Assembly (NCBI GenBank): GCA_013416795.1
Contig: RQSC01000031.1
Coordinates: 358,573-422,572 of the forward strand
DNA from: Prasinococcaceae sp. CCMP 1430
Taxonomy: Eukaryota; Plantae; Prasinodermophyta
DNA: 64,000 nucleotides
Reading direction: 5' to 3'
Under the pieces are notes generated by a model, which worked only from the letters and a program-made list of their open reading frames with translations, was not told the origin of the DNA and made no database searches. Position 1 is the first letter of the stretch; each line of letters starts with the position of its first letter. The position numbers were made by a program, and so were the translations under genes. Positions 1 to 10,953 of this stretch are shown here, in pieces.

Positions 1-984
1 AGTCATTGAAGAGGCTGAGCGCGCGGAGACCGCAGGGCACCACCCTCTCCTCCGATCCGTCCGTCGGGGACTCGCTCGTCTCGCGCGGGTCGCACGGGCC
101 CGTGTCCTCGCTTAGCGCGTCCTGCAGCGTGTCCTTGCGCAGCTGCTGCACGGCGACGCTCTTCGCATAACGCCTGTGGTTCTGCCAGAAGCGGGTGAGT
201 CTGTACTGCACGTTGATCGGGAAGCGTGACAGCGTCGCCGGCGCGGTGAACGCTATTTGGCACACGAATTCCGTGCCCGGCACGGCGGCGGCTGGGGTGG
301 TCAAGGGGCCAGTCGAGTCCTCGACGAGCTGTATGGTCGCATTCGGAATGCTCTGGAGCTTCACTATGAGCGATCTCTCCGCATCGCCAAGCACTTGGAT
401 GGGCACAGCAACAGATGGCCCCTCACCGCCATTCGTCGGGAGCGACAGATTGTACACGTTACCCACCGGCAGGCACGCGTCGTCGTAGCGGACGTCGAAT
501 GCCTGCGCCTGATTGTTGTTAATGAGCGCGATGATGCCCGCGGGCAAGCACAGCATGCCAAGCACGGTGAAGAGCAGGACGACCTGCAGCGATGGGGGAT
601 GAGCAATTGTTTGGGCGTTTCAGAGGCGGTCACCAAAATGATGGGCGTCGTCGGCCCGTCTGTCAGCAGGCGCGCGCGGGGCACACAAATCCGAGGCGGG
701 CACAGGGGCGGCCGCCAGTGCGCTCCACAACCCCCGCGGCGCGGCCGCGGCTCGCCACTCCTCACCTTGAGCGGTGTGAGTACCGGTCTCCACACGGGTA
801 TTTCTTGCCTGGTGAAGAGCAGGTCTCGGGGGCGCTTGGAGCGCGCCACGGGGCCGCCGGCCCCGCGCCGCGCGCAGCAGCAGCATAGCCAGCGGCGCAG
901 GCGCCCGGCGCACGACGTGTCCACAGGCGCATCGCCCGCCGCCTCCTCCCTGGAGGCCTCCGCGCACGACATGCATATGCCCAT
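1..984 (-). CDS. CDC50: CDC50/LEM3/ALIS family P4-ATPase (flippase) beta subunit; 3' end runs off the window
   Basis: ATG at 984 (MGICMSC). Exon 1 ends at FTRQEIPVWRPVLTPLK|GTGAG and exon 2 starts at 583 with a TM helix (VVLLFTVLGMLCLPAGIIAL) and DVRYDDAC. It continues to YRLTRFWQNHRRYAKS and PCGLRALSLFND, which match the family motifs FTQQELPACKPILTP, NFYQNHRRYVKS and PCGLIAWSLFND. Confidence 0.92.
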
Positions 985-1760
985 GGCGGCAGGGGCGCGC
1001 CCGCGGCGGGCGGCCGGCGAGGCGCAAAAAAGGGGCGCCTCGGCACAATGCCAGGCAAGGATCGCTCCCTCCCGCCGACAACCGGCCAACGCGCGTCGGC
1101 TGACGCAAGCGCGCACGTCCCACCGTCCACCACCGACGATCGACCGGCCCACCCGCCCCTCCTCCCCTCCTCCGCTCCCCTCCCCTTCCCTTCCGGCCGG
1201 GGGCGCCGGCGCGCTGTTTGCGCGCACGCGCGCGCAGACTGTGGCCGGCCGGCGGCGCCGCCGCGGTGTGTGTGCCACGACCGAGCGCAAAATTGAGATG
1301 GTTTGCCGCGGTGGTGAGATCTGCCATCGATGATGGTACAGTATGTGGGTTATGTCCCCCGCAACGCCCCGCTTCGCGCTTCGCGCCCCCCCCCCCACCC
1401 GCCGCCGCAGTATCGCTGCGGCCGGCGCGGCGTGGCGGTGGGCGCACGGCGGGGGCCCGCGACCAATCAGATCCTGGATGGGCGGGCGCCCTCGTTGCGG
1501 TGCAATGCGGCGCGTGCCGGGCGCGCTCGTGGCCCGGTGGGGGCGGATCCTCGCTCGGGTCGGGCGGGCGCGCGCGCGGGCGCGCGGTGCTGAATTGAAG
1601 GTCGGCGCTGTTTCCGCCGAGCGACCGGAGCCGCAAATGGTTTCGGTTGCGCGCGGCGATCGCAGCAGGAACGCGCGCCCCGCGAAGGCACACGCACCAT
1701 CGCGAGCGGCCGCGACCCCGCCTTCCCCCCCCCCCTCAGGCCTCCGTCGTCGCGAACGCG

Positions 1761-2769
1761 ATGCTCTCGCTCACCGCCGTCCCGACGGCTGCGCGCGCCC
1801 CCGCGCGGCCCGCGCAGTCGAGGCGCGCGGCGCGCGGAATGAAGTTCATGTGCGTGGTGCGCGGCGCGCTCCACGCGCGCACGCCACGCGCGGCGCGCTG
1901 CGAGCGCCCCATCTGACGCCGCCGCGGCTTGCGCGCAGGAAAAAGCTCGGCCTGCAGAAGCCCGACTGGCTCCCCGACTTCGGCAAGCCCAAGGTGCGTG
2001 CTCTGGGGCGCCGCGCCGGGCATGCCCAGCACGCGGCGAGCACCTCCGCTGACCCCGCCGCGGCGCCGACGCTCGCAGGAGTTTACCGGTCAGAGCAAGC
2101 AGGTGCGTCGAGCGCGCTGGTGGCGCGCGCACGACTGCCACGAGCGGCTGCATCGCGCCGCCGCCATCTCCGTGCACTGGCTGACGCACGCGCGCGCACG
2201 CTGCTGCGCGTCGCACACCAGGTGGCCGAGTTGAAGTTCAGCGACATCTCCGCCGACAAGATGTGGGCAACGATCTCGCCGTTTGCAGGTGCGTCACGCG
2301 CCACGAGACTCGTGACCAGCGCCACCAAAGCTATCGCGCGCATCCCTCGAATTCGTGCGCAGCGCTGACTGGACTGGCCGCGCCGCTCGCCTCGGCGCGA
2401 GCTGAAATAGCGCCCTACGTCGAGAAGGCTGGCGTCGTCGCGGCGTCGGAAGCAACCGGGGACACCGTCGGGAGCACGCGCACCATCAGCGTGATCGGCA
2501 CCGACGCGAGCTTCGAGGAGGTGCTGGTGCTCGCCGACGCGGAGAAGAAGGCGTTCGCGTACTCGATCACCGACTGCGCCAAGACGCCCTTCCCGCTCAC
2601 CACGTACGGTTCCAAGTGCTACGTCATGGAGGACGGCGAGGGCTGCTCAGTCACCTGGACGGGTTGGTACGACATCGTCGAAGGCACCAAGGACGAGGAG
2701 GTGCCTGACTTCGTCGGGCTCTACACCGGCTTCATCAACGCCGCTGCCGAGGACGCGAGGTCGGCGTAA
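1761..2769 (+). CDS. SRPBCC/polyketide-cyclase (Bet v1-like) protein with probable plastid transit peptide, about 5 exons
   Basis: Spliced reading: MLSLTAVPTAARAPARP...KFM|KKLGLQKPDWLPDFGKPK|EFTGQSKQ|VAELKFSDISADKMWATISPF|APYVEK...GDTVGSTRTISV...EEVLVLAD...FAYSITD...CSVTWTGWY. Donors are GTGCG and acceptors end in AG. The G-x-G-S-x-R and YSI...VTW pattern is typical of Polyketide_cyc2. Confidence 0.7.
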
Positions 2770-2969
2770 TCATGTGTCGTCGCCGGTGGCCTCCCGACGC
2801 ATGGCGATGACCTGCTCGCGTCGCACGCACTAGGCGCCACATGACAGTACGGCCGTGGCGAGAGCAGCGCCCAGCACTCGTCGGATGTGATACGACGGGC
2901 CGTAGCCCTACCACCGAGACACGCACAGAGACAGACGCAGCCTTAGACCCCTATGACGCTGCCGCTTCC

Positions 2970-5900
2970 TTACCGCGAACGCGAACGCGAGGGCGAGCGC
3001 GACCGTAATTCGCGCACCTCGGATGCTTCCGGAGTGGCCGCACCGCGCCACGGCAGCACCTGGCCGCGTCCGCCGCCCGCCCGCACGGCGCGCCCCACGT
3101 GCTCGGCGTTCGCTGCCTCGCTCTGGTCAAGCGCAGCGAGCGCCTCCGCGAGGCGCGCCGTCAGCGCTGCGTTCTGCAAGCGCGCGTCCTCCAACTGGCG
3201 TCGCGTCTTGGCGCCCGAGTCGAGCGCCGTGCGCAGCCGCCGCCTCTGCTCCTCGCTCGCCGCCCGGGTGGCCTCCCAGCGACGCTCGCGCCGGCGCAGC
3301 GCGGCGTTCTCGTCTCGCAGAGAGGCGGACTCAGCCAGCAGGCGACGAAGGCTGCGCGGAGCGAGCAGCGGCGAGGTGGAAGAGCTGCCACGACCGGATG
3401 CGCTCCCATCGCCGCCAGCCGACCCGTTGGCGGGCACCCGATGGAGGTGGCTGTCCAGAGCAGCGCCCGGACCCTCGCCTGAGGAGTCTCTGCCGCCACC
3501 TACCTGCACCATTGCGAGCTTCAGTGAAGTCGCCGCCGCCTCGGCGCGCGCCTGCGCCGCGTCCTTCGACAGCCGGCACACCTCATCCTCGTACATGTCA
3601 AACAGCGAGGCATGTGACGAGGCCGCTTCGAAGCGGCGCAAGCGCGCTCGCAGCTTGGATACGCTGAGCCGCTCGTCGGCCAGATGGGCTTCGGCGGCAG
3701 CGCGTACCTCCTCGAGCTCGAGCTCAGCTTCCTCAGCACGCGCCTCCGCCGCCTCGCGACGAGCGCGCTCGTCGCGGGCGACCGCGAGCACCGCCGCGTT
3801 GCTGCGGAGAAGAGCACTGGCCTCGACTTTTGGCACACCACTTGGCGCCTCAATATCCGTGGTAGAGCCAACCGCACCTGAAGCGGTTGGTGCGTATGCG
3901 CGCGCGCTCGTCGGAGGCGGCACTTTCGAATGGCCCGGCGAATGCGCAGGTTCCGTTGCAGGCACAGGTGCAGGCGCGGGGTCCGTCGCAGGTTCCGTCG
4001 CAGGAGTTTGGTCTCGGCAAGGCGGCAGCATCTTTGCGTGTGCTTGTCGCAGCGTTTGCGCCGTGATAGTCGGCGTGCTTGCTGTCGCTCGCGTCGGCGC
4101 AGGCGCATCTGTACGCGGCGCCTCTGGAGGTACGCCCTCCTCTTGCATGTCTCGCTGCTCTCCTTCTTGTGAATACTCGTGGGGCGACAGCAGCGCCTGC
4201 TGCTGTGCCTTTAACACTTTTTTCCCACCATCACTGTAGAGATCACGAAACTCGCCCTTCAGTCTGACCAACTCCATCTCGAGAGCCTCACGGGTGCTTG
4301 CACCGCCAGACTCCTGCGCGACGCCTACTTTGCAATCGTCCTCCCTCCGAGCTCCGGGGGATCGAGCCCCACGCCGCGGCTGGAGCATGCGCAGAACGTC
4401 CTCGGGAAGCTCCCCTGGCGTGGCCTTCGACGATTCCACTGCGCTCGCTGTCTTCGCAAGAGGTCCACTCTTGCTGCCGAGGCTGGCCCACATGGCCTCC
4501 AGCTCGCCGTCAAGCGCATCGACCGAGCTGCTTGAGCCTCTCTGTCGCCGCCGCCGCCGCTGCCGCTGCTGCTGCTGCCGCCGCTGCTGCTGGCCCGATT
4601 GAATCGTTGGCGAATCTCGCTCCAGCTCAACATCAGCCTCGCCCTGCTCAACTTGCCCCGGCGAGGTCTCGCCTGCTGAGACAGGGACGGGCGGGTCTGG
4701 CGCCGGAGCAGCCTCCATGCGCGCGTGCTCGTGTCCGGGGGAAGCGCCAACGTCGTCGGGTCTCGCAGCTGCCACAACGGCAGCTCCGCCTTGATTGAGG
4801 GGTACCTCGCTGCGAGCTCCCCTCTCAGGGATGACACCAGCTCGCTCGGCCGCACGCACGTCGAGCACGCTGGTCACGTCCTCCATGAGCGTACGCTGCA
4901 CATCGCCCGCAACGCGCATGCATGCCGATCGCACCGCGCGCGCGCGCGCGGCGACGCGCAGCGTCGAGACCGTGCCGAGGTAGTCTTCTGGCGCGTCGCT
5001 CACGCAGGCCAGCAGGTAGGACTTGCAGTTTCCCGCAAGCAGCGGTGTAACCATCTCTGTGAGGACGGCGTCACGCGCGGCGTGCAGAGGACCCGAGTCT
5101 CTCGCGCCTTTGCGGCGCGAGCAGTGTCGTGCGCGGCTGCATCGCACCGACAGCTCAGAGACGACCCTGCCCAGCGCGAGGAGGTCCGAGGCAACGGTGC
5201 GCCGCGCGCGCTCCACTGCTGCTCGTGCTTCCGATGGCTCGCCCGCCCCATGCGCATCGTTTGCTCGCAGGCGCAGCGGCCGCGAGCCCACGGTGTCCAC
5301 GACGTGCATGACTGCCACCAGCCCAGTACCATCGCCCGCCGTCGCGCCACACACGGTCACGCGGACGAAGACGTGCCGGGGCACGTCTGATGCGCGGACA
5401 CGCTCCTGCACGAGAGCGACGAGCTCCTCTGCCTCGGTCAGTGAGCGCGCGCGCACGGCCCGGAACCGCCGCCGCCCCCCACACACGCCGGCCCCTCCAC
5501 CCCCGCTCGCGCTGCTACCAGGGCTATCAACCGCGGGAGTGAGTAGCAGGTCGCAGACCTCGTTACCCAGCACGCTCCACGCCGAGAGCGCTACCTCCGC
5601 ATCTCCGTTTACGAGCATCGCTGGCGGTATCTGGTCTTGCTCGCCCGCGTCTGTCCCGCCGCCAGCCTCGCCGCGTTTGACGGCGGGGCGCCCCTCCACG
5701 CGAACGAAGAGCTCACGCAAGGCGCTGTGTAGTACCGAGTCGCGCCCATCGAGGAGTGCGCGCGTTTTGCCGGTTCCGCTCTCACCCTGTGCGAGAATTG
5801 CGACGCTGAAGCCATCCAGCAGCCAGCGCACGGCGGGTAACGCCACGGCGCGCTGCAGCGCCGCGGCGTTGGCACGCACATCCGCGCAGAGCGCAGTCGC

Positions 5901-6224
5901 ATCGACCCCAAAGACGCGCCGCGCCTCTGCAACGGGCGTGCCTTCGCGGACGCGGGGATCGTACACGGCGACGGATGTCCCCTCCAGGTCGCCACCGTCG
6001 CCCTCGTGGACGATGCCATCGTAGCTCCCTCCTCCTTTTGCGCAACGCAGGCAGACCGCCGCCACCTCGAGCCGCGCCACGGCCACTGGAGCGGCCTGGC
6101 CGCCGCCGCTGCCGCCACCGCCACCGCTGCCGCGCGTCGCGACACCCCCGCCTAGCGACTCAAGCTCCGCGCCGAGCTCGGCGAGCTCGGCGCTCACGAG
6201 TGTGTGGTGGTGCGGAGGCAGCAT
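2970..6224 (-). CDS. Divergent kinesin motor-domain protein with low-complexity linker and C-terminal coiled coil (about 1084 aa, apparently intronless)
   Basis: LLDGFSVAILAQGESGTGKT (P-loop), SAWSVLGNEVCDLL, VMHVVDTVGS, LLALGRVVSEL and RDAVLTEMVTPLLAGNCKSYLLACVS...TVSTLRVAARA follow kinesin motor motif order. First in-frame ATG after the upstream AT-rich stretch is at 6224. Confidence 0.85.
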   Translation of the reverse strand: MLPPHHHTLVSAELAELGAELESLGGGVATRGSGGGGGSGGGQAAPVAVARLEVAAVCLRCAKGGGSYDGIVHEGDGGDLEGTSVAVYDPRVREGTPVAEARRVFGVDATALCADVRANAAALQRAVALPAVRWLLDGFSVAILAQGESGTGKTRALLDGRDSVLHSALRELFVRVEGRPAVKRGEAGGGTDAGEQDQIPPAMLVNGDAEVALSAWSVLGNEVCDLLLTPAVDSPGSSASGGGGAGVCGGRRRFRAVRARSLTEAEELVALVQERVRASDVPRHVFVRVTVCGATAGDGTGLVAVMHVVDTVGSRPLRLRANDAHGAGEPSEARAAVERARRTVASDLLALGRVVSELSVRCSRARHCSRRKGARDSGPLHAARDAVLTEMVTPLLAGNCKSYLLACVSDAPEDYLGTVSTLRVAARARAVRSACMRVAGDVQRTLMEDVTSVLDVRAAERAGVIPERGARSEVPLNQGGAAVVAAARPDDVGASPGHEHARMEAAPAPDPPVPVSAGETSPGQVEQGEADVELERDSPTIQSGQQQRRQQQQRQRRRRRQRGSSSSVDALDGELEAMWASLGSKSGPLAKTASAVESSKATPGELPEDVLRMLQPRRGARSPGARREDDCKVGVAQESGGASTREALEMELVRLKGEFRDLYSDGGKKVLKAQQQALLSPHEYSQEGEQRDMQEEGVPPEAPRTDAPAPTRATASTPTITAQTLRQAHAKMLPPCRDQTPATEPATDPAPAPVPATEPAHSPGHSKVPPPTSARAYAPTASGAVGSTTDIEAPSGVPKVEASALLRSNAAVLAVARDERARREAAEARAEEAELELEEVRAAAEAHLADERLSVSKLRARLRRFEAASSHASLFDMYEDEVCRLSKDAAQARAEAAATSLKLAMVQVGGGRDSSGEGPGAALDSHLHRVPANGSAGGDGSASGRGSSSTSPLLAPRSLRRLLAESASLRDENAALRRRERRWEATRAASEEQRRRLRTALDSGAKTRRQLEDARLQNAALTARLAEALAALDQSEAANAEHVGRAVRAGGGRGQVLPWRGAATPEASEVRELRSRSPSRSRSR

Positions 6225-6698
6225 GAGCTCGCGTCCCCCACACGGTGCCCCCCACCCCACCCCACCCCCCCCGCGGCTTGCTCTCGCGCGCTCTATGGTC
6301 GTTGAAAATTTTCTCCCGCCGCCGCGCATGCCTCCGCCGCGCAAAAACTCGGCCGGGCGCCTTGGTGCGGCGTTTGGCGACTTGCGCGTTTGGCGCGCTT
6401 CGAGTTTTTGAGTGCCTGCCAGACCGCACAAACGCGCCGCGTCGCGCGTGGGGTGCCCTGTGCCGGGGAGGCAGGCGGGGGGGGCGGGCAGGCAGCCCCC
6501 GCCTTTGCCCCTCTGCCCCGCGCCCCCTCGTATGGGTGCGTGCCTGCCACCTTCTGCTCCGATACCGCCGCCACCGCAGCAACCGGCAACTGCCGCCGTC
6601 GCTGCCGCTGCGCGCGCTTGCACGTGCCGAACGCCCCAGAGCTGCACAACGAGGCAACGGGCGCAGTCGGTGACCCAGCAGCCTCCGCCCAGGCCGAA

Positions 6699-9600
6699 AT
6701 GGAGGCGCAGCAGCGCGTTCGGGAGCTCCTGAAAGCGGAGGCGCAAGAGGGAGACGAGGAGAGCGACGAGGTGATCTCCGACGACTTCTTTTCGAGCCAA
6801 ACCTTGCGCAAGAGGCCGTGGCGTCGCTTGCTCCTGGTGTCCAACCGCACCAAGGCACACGAGGTCTTGTGCGACGCCTCCAGGAGCGACGTCGGCGTGG
6901 TGCCCTTTGACTTCGAAACGATGTCCCTGGACGACGTGCTTTGGCTGGCTACGAGCAAGATGCAGGGTTTCAGAGCGGATTCGATCGCCTTGATCGCACC
7001 GAGCAAGCCAGGAGCCATCGGTACAGTGAAGGGCTCGCGCACCACCTTTCGAAGCCTTCGGCGCGCGGAGACAGTCGATTTCTGGACCGGCATTGCTCAT
7101 CTCTTACAAGAGGCAACCAACGGGGAACAGGCTGCGCAGGAATTCCGAGCCGTGCACCTCCTCACGACAGATGTTGCTGGATCTGCGGACGGGCAGCGCC
7201 TCATTGCCTCTCTTGAGGCGTTGGTGCAGGTGCCCATTCTCGCCACAGATGACATCTTGAACGCGAGAAGGCTCGCGATCGACACCGAGGGCGCGCGCGT
7301 TGCGAGGCTGTACTTCAATTTCACAAAGCTTCTCCAGTGGACGCTGCTTCCCGATCTGTCGAAGCTCGCGCGTGGCGACCATGCGACGGGCGAGTCCGTG
7401 AAGACGATGGGACGCGCGTACGTAATGTATCAGCGCAGACGGCAGCAGCAGGTTCTGAAAGAGGAGCAACGCGTGAGGGACGGGCCTGGATCACCCCGAG
7501 CGGGCGCTGCATCCTCGGAGGGCAAGCCAAAGTCACAGCGATCCATGAAAGAGATCGAGTCAAAGGCCGCCGAGGCTCTCGGCCTGTCTCACAGCCCGTT
7601 GTCTGCAGGGTCGGCGCAGTCCACAGTGCGCGCAACGCCAAAGGCGCGCGCACAGGGACCAGGTTCTGCAGCTGGAGCTGGCGCGGGTACTGAGGATGCG
7701 CGCCCAGAGCGCGCAGCTCGCGCACCCGGTACGCCCCCCTCGGGCCGGTCGGTAGATCTAGACGCGGCTCCTTCCGGTGGCGACGCCGATGTTAACCGCA
7801 ATGCCGGCAGTGCGCCTTTGGCGCAGAGCCTGACGGAGCGGTTCGCACACCTTCGTGTGCGTGTGGGGCGATCCGCTAGTGGCTCGGCAACGCAAGATTC
7901 GACGACACCACGAAGTGTTGGCACCGACACGCTCGCTGTTGAGTCGAAGGGCCCCATCCACAGTGCCAAGCTGAAGGAGAGCCTCGGCCGCCTCCGCGAA
8001 AGCAGGCAGCTTATTCTCGGCTTGGGCGGCGGCGCAGGCCGCGGCCAGGTGGCCAAGGCGCGCTACGGCAGCCTGACACTGGGCCTGGACATGCCCATGG
8101 ACGCATTTGCTTCCGGCATTACGCAGGACTACTTCCTATCGGAAATTGCAGCGGAGATCGAGTGTCGCAGAGAGCGCCTCCGAGTTGCCAAAGTCACCGA
8201 AGGACTCAAGGTGAAGGTGCGCATCATGGACGCTCCAGGCGACACACCGATCGGTTTGCTTGTGAAGCGGTTCGTGGACAAGTTGGATACCAACACCCTG
8301 CTCATTGATGCCGAGTTTGGCGAGTTGCTGCTGTTCAAGCACAAGGTCCCACCCGATGCGAACGCGTCACCAGGGAAGTCGCCCACGGAGGTGCACGCAC
8401 CAGCTCTGCTCGGCACGAGCATGCTTACGTCCGCAGATCAAGCCCAGGGGCCGGCGGGCTCCGCGTTAATTACACGACTGCTGCTCCTCAGCGACCGCAG
8501 AGTGAATGCCGACCAGCTTGCCGACGCCACACAGAGCGATGTGGCAGTGGTGCGCTTCAGCTGGCGTGACTCGCACCTCGAAGGACTCTTGTACGATATC
8601 CGCAACCAACTTTCCGGCTGTTTGGTGCAGTCCATTGGGTTGGTGTCGCACTGGAAGCCCGGTGCGGTCGGCCTCATCAAGGGCAACCGCTTCGTGTTGA
8701 AGAATCTCGCCAAGGCAGAGCTTCGCTTTTTCCTCAGCGAGCTAGCGCAGTCGCTTTTACCTGGTGGCTGCATTGACATGTTCTGCGTGCCCCCGAAACA
8801 CATGGACAGGGCCACCGACGACGTATGCCGTGCGCTCGAGGACATCATGCACACGGATTGCAACCGCACCAACGCGCTCTCCGCGCCTGCCCCCGGGAGC
8901 GAGCTCGAGTGGGCTGCGTGGGCCTCGACTCTCCCCAAGCAGGCTAGTATGATGTTGAGTTTCTACTTTGAGGAGCAGAGCCTGGTCGAATGGAAGATGG
9001 CAACACCTGAGGCCTTCGAACAGAAGGTCGGCGGCGGTCGTGGCCTGTCCCCCGGGCTCGGTATGCCCGACATGCTGCAAGCGGCCAGAGCGGCAATGCG
9101 GGCGCAGTGCATCGGCGCGGAAAGGGACGAAGAAAAGGCAGAGAATGCGACCGCTGGGACTGCTGACAGGACTGGGTTCGGGCCCGGCGGAGCTCGGGTG
9201 AGAGGCAGCTTCGAGAAGGTGCACATTCCTCGCATCGCCATCCCGCGCGCTGCTGCGGGTGGGCTTCACCGCGCGCGCGTTGAGCGCTCGACGCTGAGGG
9301 CTAACGGCGACACTGATGACGATGACGATCCGACTGAACTCATTGTGCCGAGGTTATGCCTTCCCAAGCAAGAGGAGGATGAGTGGACGCCGCTGCGGGC
9401 CCCGCGTGAGATGGGGCGTGATCTTGGGGTACGTCCTGGCGCACTCTCTCTCTCCTTTGAATGTATTGGAGCGCGCGCGCGCGCGCGCGCGCGTGGCGCT
9501 TTTGACTGCCGCGCTGACCCCCACGTCCCTCGCCGTCCATCCCCACTGACCCACCTTTGCCCCCATCTCTTCGTCTACATGCACTTTTCGCGCCGCGCAG

Positions 9601-9753
9601 GTCGTCGACACTTCGGAGGGCGATGGCGACGAGGCACCGCCCAATCGCGAGGAGACCCTCAAGGAGGGCATGGGCGCGGCCGGGCAGCACGGCTGGGACA
9701 TGGACGCAAATCTGAGGCGACTCTCGCTCGAATCAACCGGGCTAGGCATGTGA
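6699..9753 (+). CDS. Protein with two DUF4347-like (ECT2L-type) domains; intron 9429-9600
   Basis: Two similar blocks, RLLLVSNR...VGVVPFDF...DSIALIAPSKPGAIGTVKG...VDFWTGIA and RLLLLSDR...VAVVRFSW...QSIGLVSHWKPGAVGLIKG...RFFLSELA, resemble the DUF4347 region of ECT2L. A GTACGT donor at 9429 and GCAG acceptor at 9600 give a terminal exon ending TGA at 9753, followed by TGTAA at 9794. The start is uncertain. Confidence 0.6.
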
Positions 9754-9793
9754 CGACGAAGCGCTGTGTGTGATATTACTGTACTGTACAATG

Positions 9794-9798
9794 TGTAA
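9794..9798 (+). terminator. UGUAA-type polyadenylation signal; representative of several
   Basis: TGTAA follows the stop at 9753. It also occurs at 19490 (+ strand) and as TTACA at 54077, 55253, 24994 and 45778 for minus-strand genes, in the last two overlapping the stop codon. UGUAA is the established chlorophyte poly(A) signal. Confidence 0.55.
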
Positions 9799-10164
9799 AC
9801 TCACTGTTTGAATGACTCACAAGCTGGCGCAGCACCAATCGCTGGGCGGGTTGTCGCGTAGCACTCTGCTTGCAACGTGCACAATGGAGCTCTCACCGAC
9901 CAGCCCCTGGAGCTGCGCTCTTTCTTCCACCGCCCAGATGAGATCAAGCCCCCCCTGCTGTTTCTCAACGTTGATGCCAACAGCACTCCCTGGTCAGGCA
10001 TGTGCACGCGGCGCGGCGTGCGGTGACGGGCGCGCCGCTGCTTTGCCGCTGCGAGCGGCCGGCCAGTCGACGTACACGCGTGCGGGCTCGAAACGCATGC
10101 GCCGATCCGACTGCACGCACAAGTCATAAGACGCCCTGCCGCGATTGAATTTCGCGCTCGAGCG

Positions 10165-10953
10165 TCAGGCGAGGGCAGCCGCGACCGCGAGCTCAACCGC
10201 GAGCTCGTGCTGTAGCGCCAGCCACTCCGCCCACACTGAGTCCGCGAAAGCGGCGAAGCTTTCGTCCGCGAGGGCGGCCACGATGGCAGCGCGCAGCGGT
10301 GGCGTGCGCGCAGCGGGCGGCTCCGGCGGCAGCGGCGCACGATGGGAAGGCGGCGCTCGTGCGCGCGCGAGACGCGCGAAGAGCGCGGCCTGTTCGGCAC
10401 ACAGAAACTTGAGGGCGAAGCGGCGGCTCGTTGGTTCGTTGCACGCGGGCACGGCGCCGACATCGATGACCATGGCCGCGCCTGAGACGATAGTGACCTC
10501 GACGCCACGGCAGTCGTGCGCCTCGACCAGCGCAGCGGTCCCGTGGCCCTCGCACGCGAGGATCTGCTCCGCGCTCATGCTCTCACCAATCCCTCGGCAG
10601 CCCGTGGACTGCGCAACCTTGAGAGCCGACGCGGTCGCAGCAGCGCGTGCCTTGCCAGTGCCGGCGCGCTTCGACAGCCCCTTCACAGTCCCGAGGGCAG
10701 CCGTGATCACAACTGAGCGCCTCCCCGTCGCACGGTCCTGCAGCACGCGCACGCGCACCGGCTGGCGAGCCTTGAGCCACCCGCGTCGAGCGCCCAAAGT
10801 ACCCCCCGTGCATTCGTGCTCGCCAGCGGCCTGCTCGGCCGGAGCGCAGGGTGCGCGGCCGAACGCCGATGCATACTCGACCCCCGCCGCCGAGAAAACA
10901 ATCTCGTGCGACGGGGCGTCTGGCACGAGTGCCCTGCCCGCTGCGTCCGCCAT
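10165..10953 (-). CDS. REC114: REC114/PHS1-like meiotic double-strand-break accessory protein (about 262 aa)
   Basis: VEYASAFG, GWLKARQPVRVRVL, CRGVEVTIV and RRFALKFLCAEQAALF parallel plant PHS1 (IGFARF, GTWLSASS.VSLHIV, SRAIFVTY, QKFALRFSTCDAALEF). The C-terminal LRAAIVAALADESFAAFADSV matches the REC114 D.(S/N)F..(F/M)...VE helix. Comparison made from memory. Confidence 0.62.
   Translation of the reverse strand: MADAAGRALVPDAPSHEIVFSAAGVEYASAFGRAPCAPAEQAAGEHECTGGTLGARRGWLKARQPVRVRVLQDRATGRRSVVITAALGTVKGLSKRAGTGKARAAATASALKVAQSTGCRGIGESMSAEQILACEGHGTAALVEAHDCRGVEVTIVSGAAMVIDVGAVPACNEPTSRRFALKFLCAEQAALFARLARARAPPSHRAPLPPEPPAARTPPLRAAIVAALADESFAAFADSVWAEWLALQHELAVELAVAAALA

Noticed and set aside
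6225-7100. N-terminal extension of the 1376-aa kinesin ORF
   Set aside because: It crosses an AT-rich promoter-like stretch and is antisense to the DUF4347-like gene; ATG 6224 is the more plausible start.
9801-10160. Coding-looking minus-strand sequence continuing past the REC114-like stop, with a second in-frame TGA
   Set aside because: No family was recognised and no start or consistent splice path was found. Both TGAs sit in CTGAC, which is also the branch-point motif, so read-through cannot be supported without cDNA.
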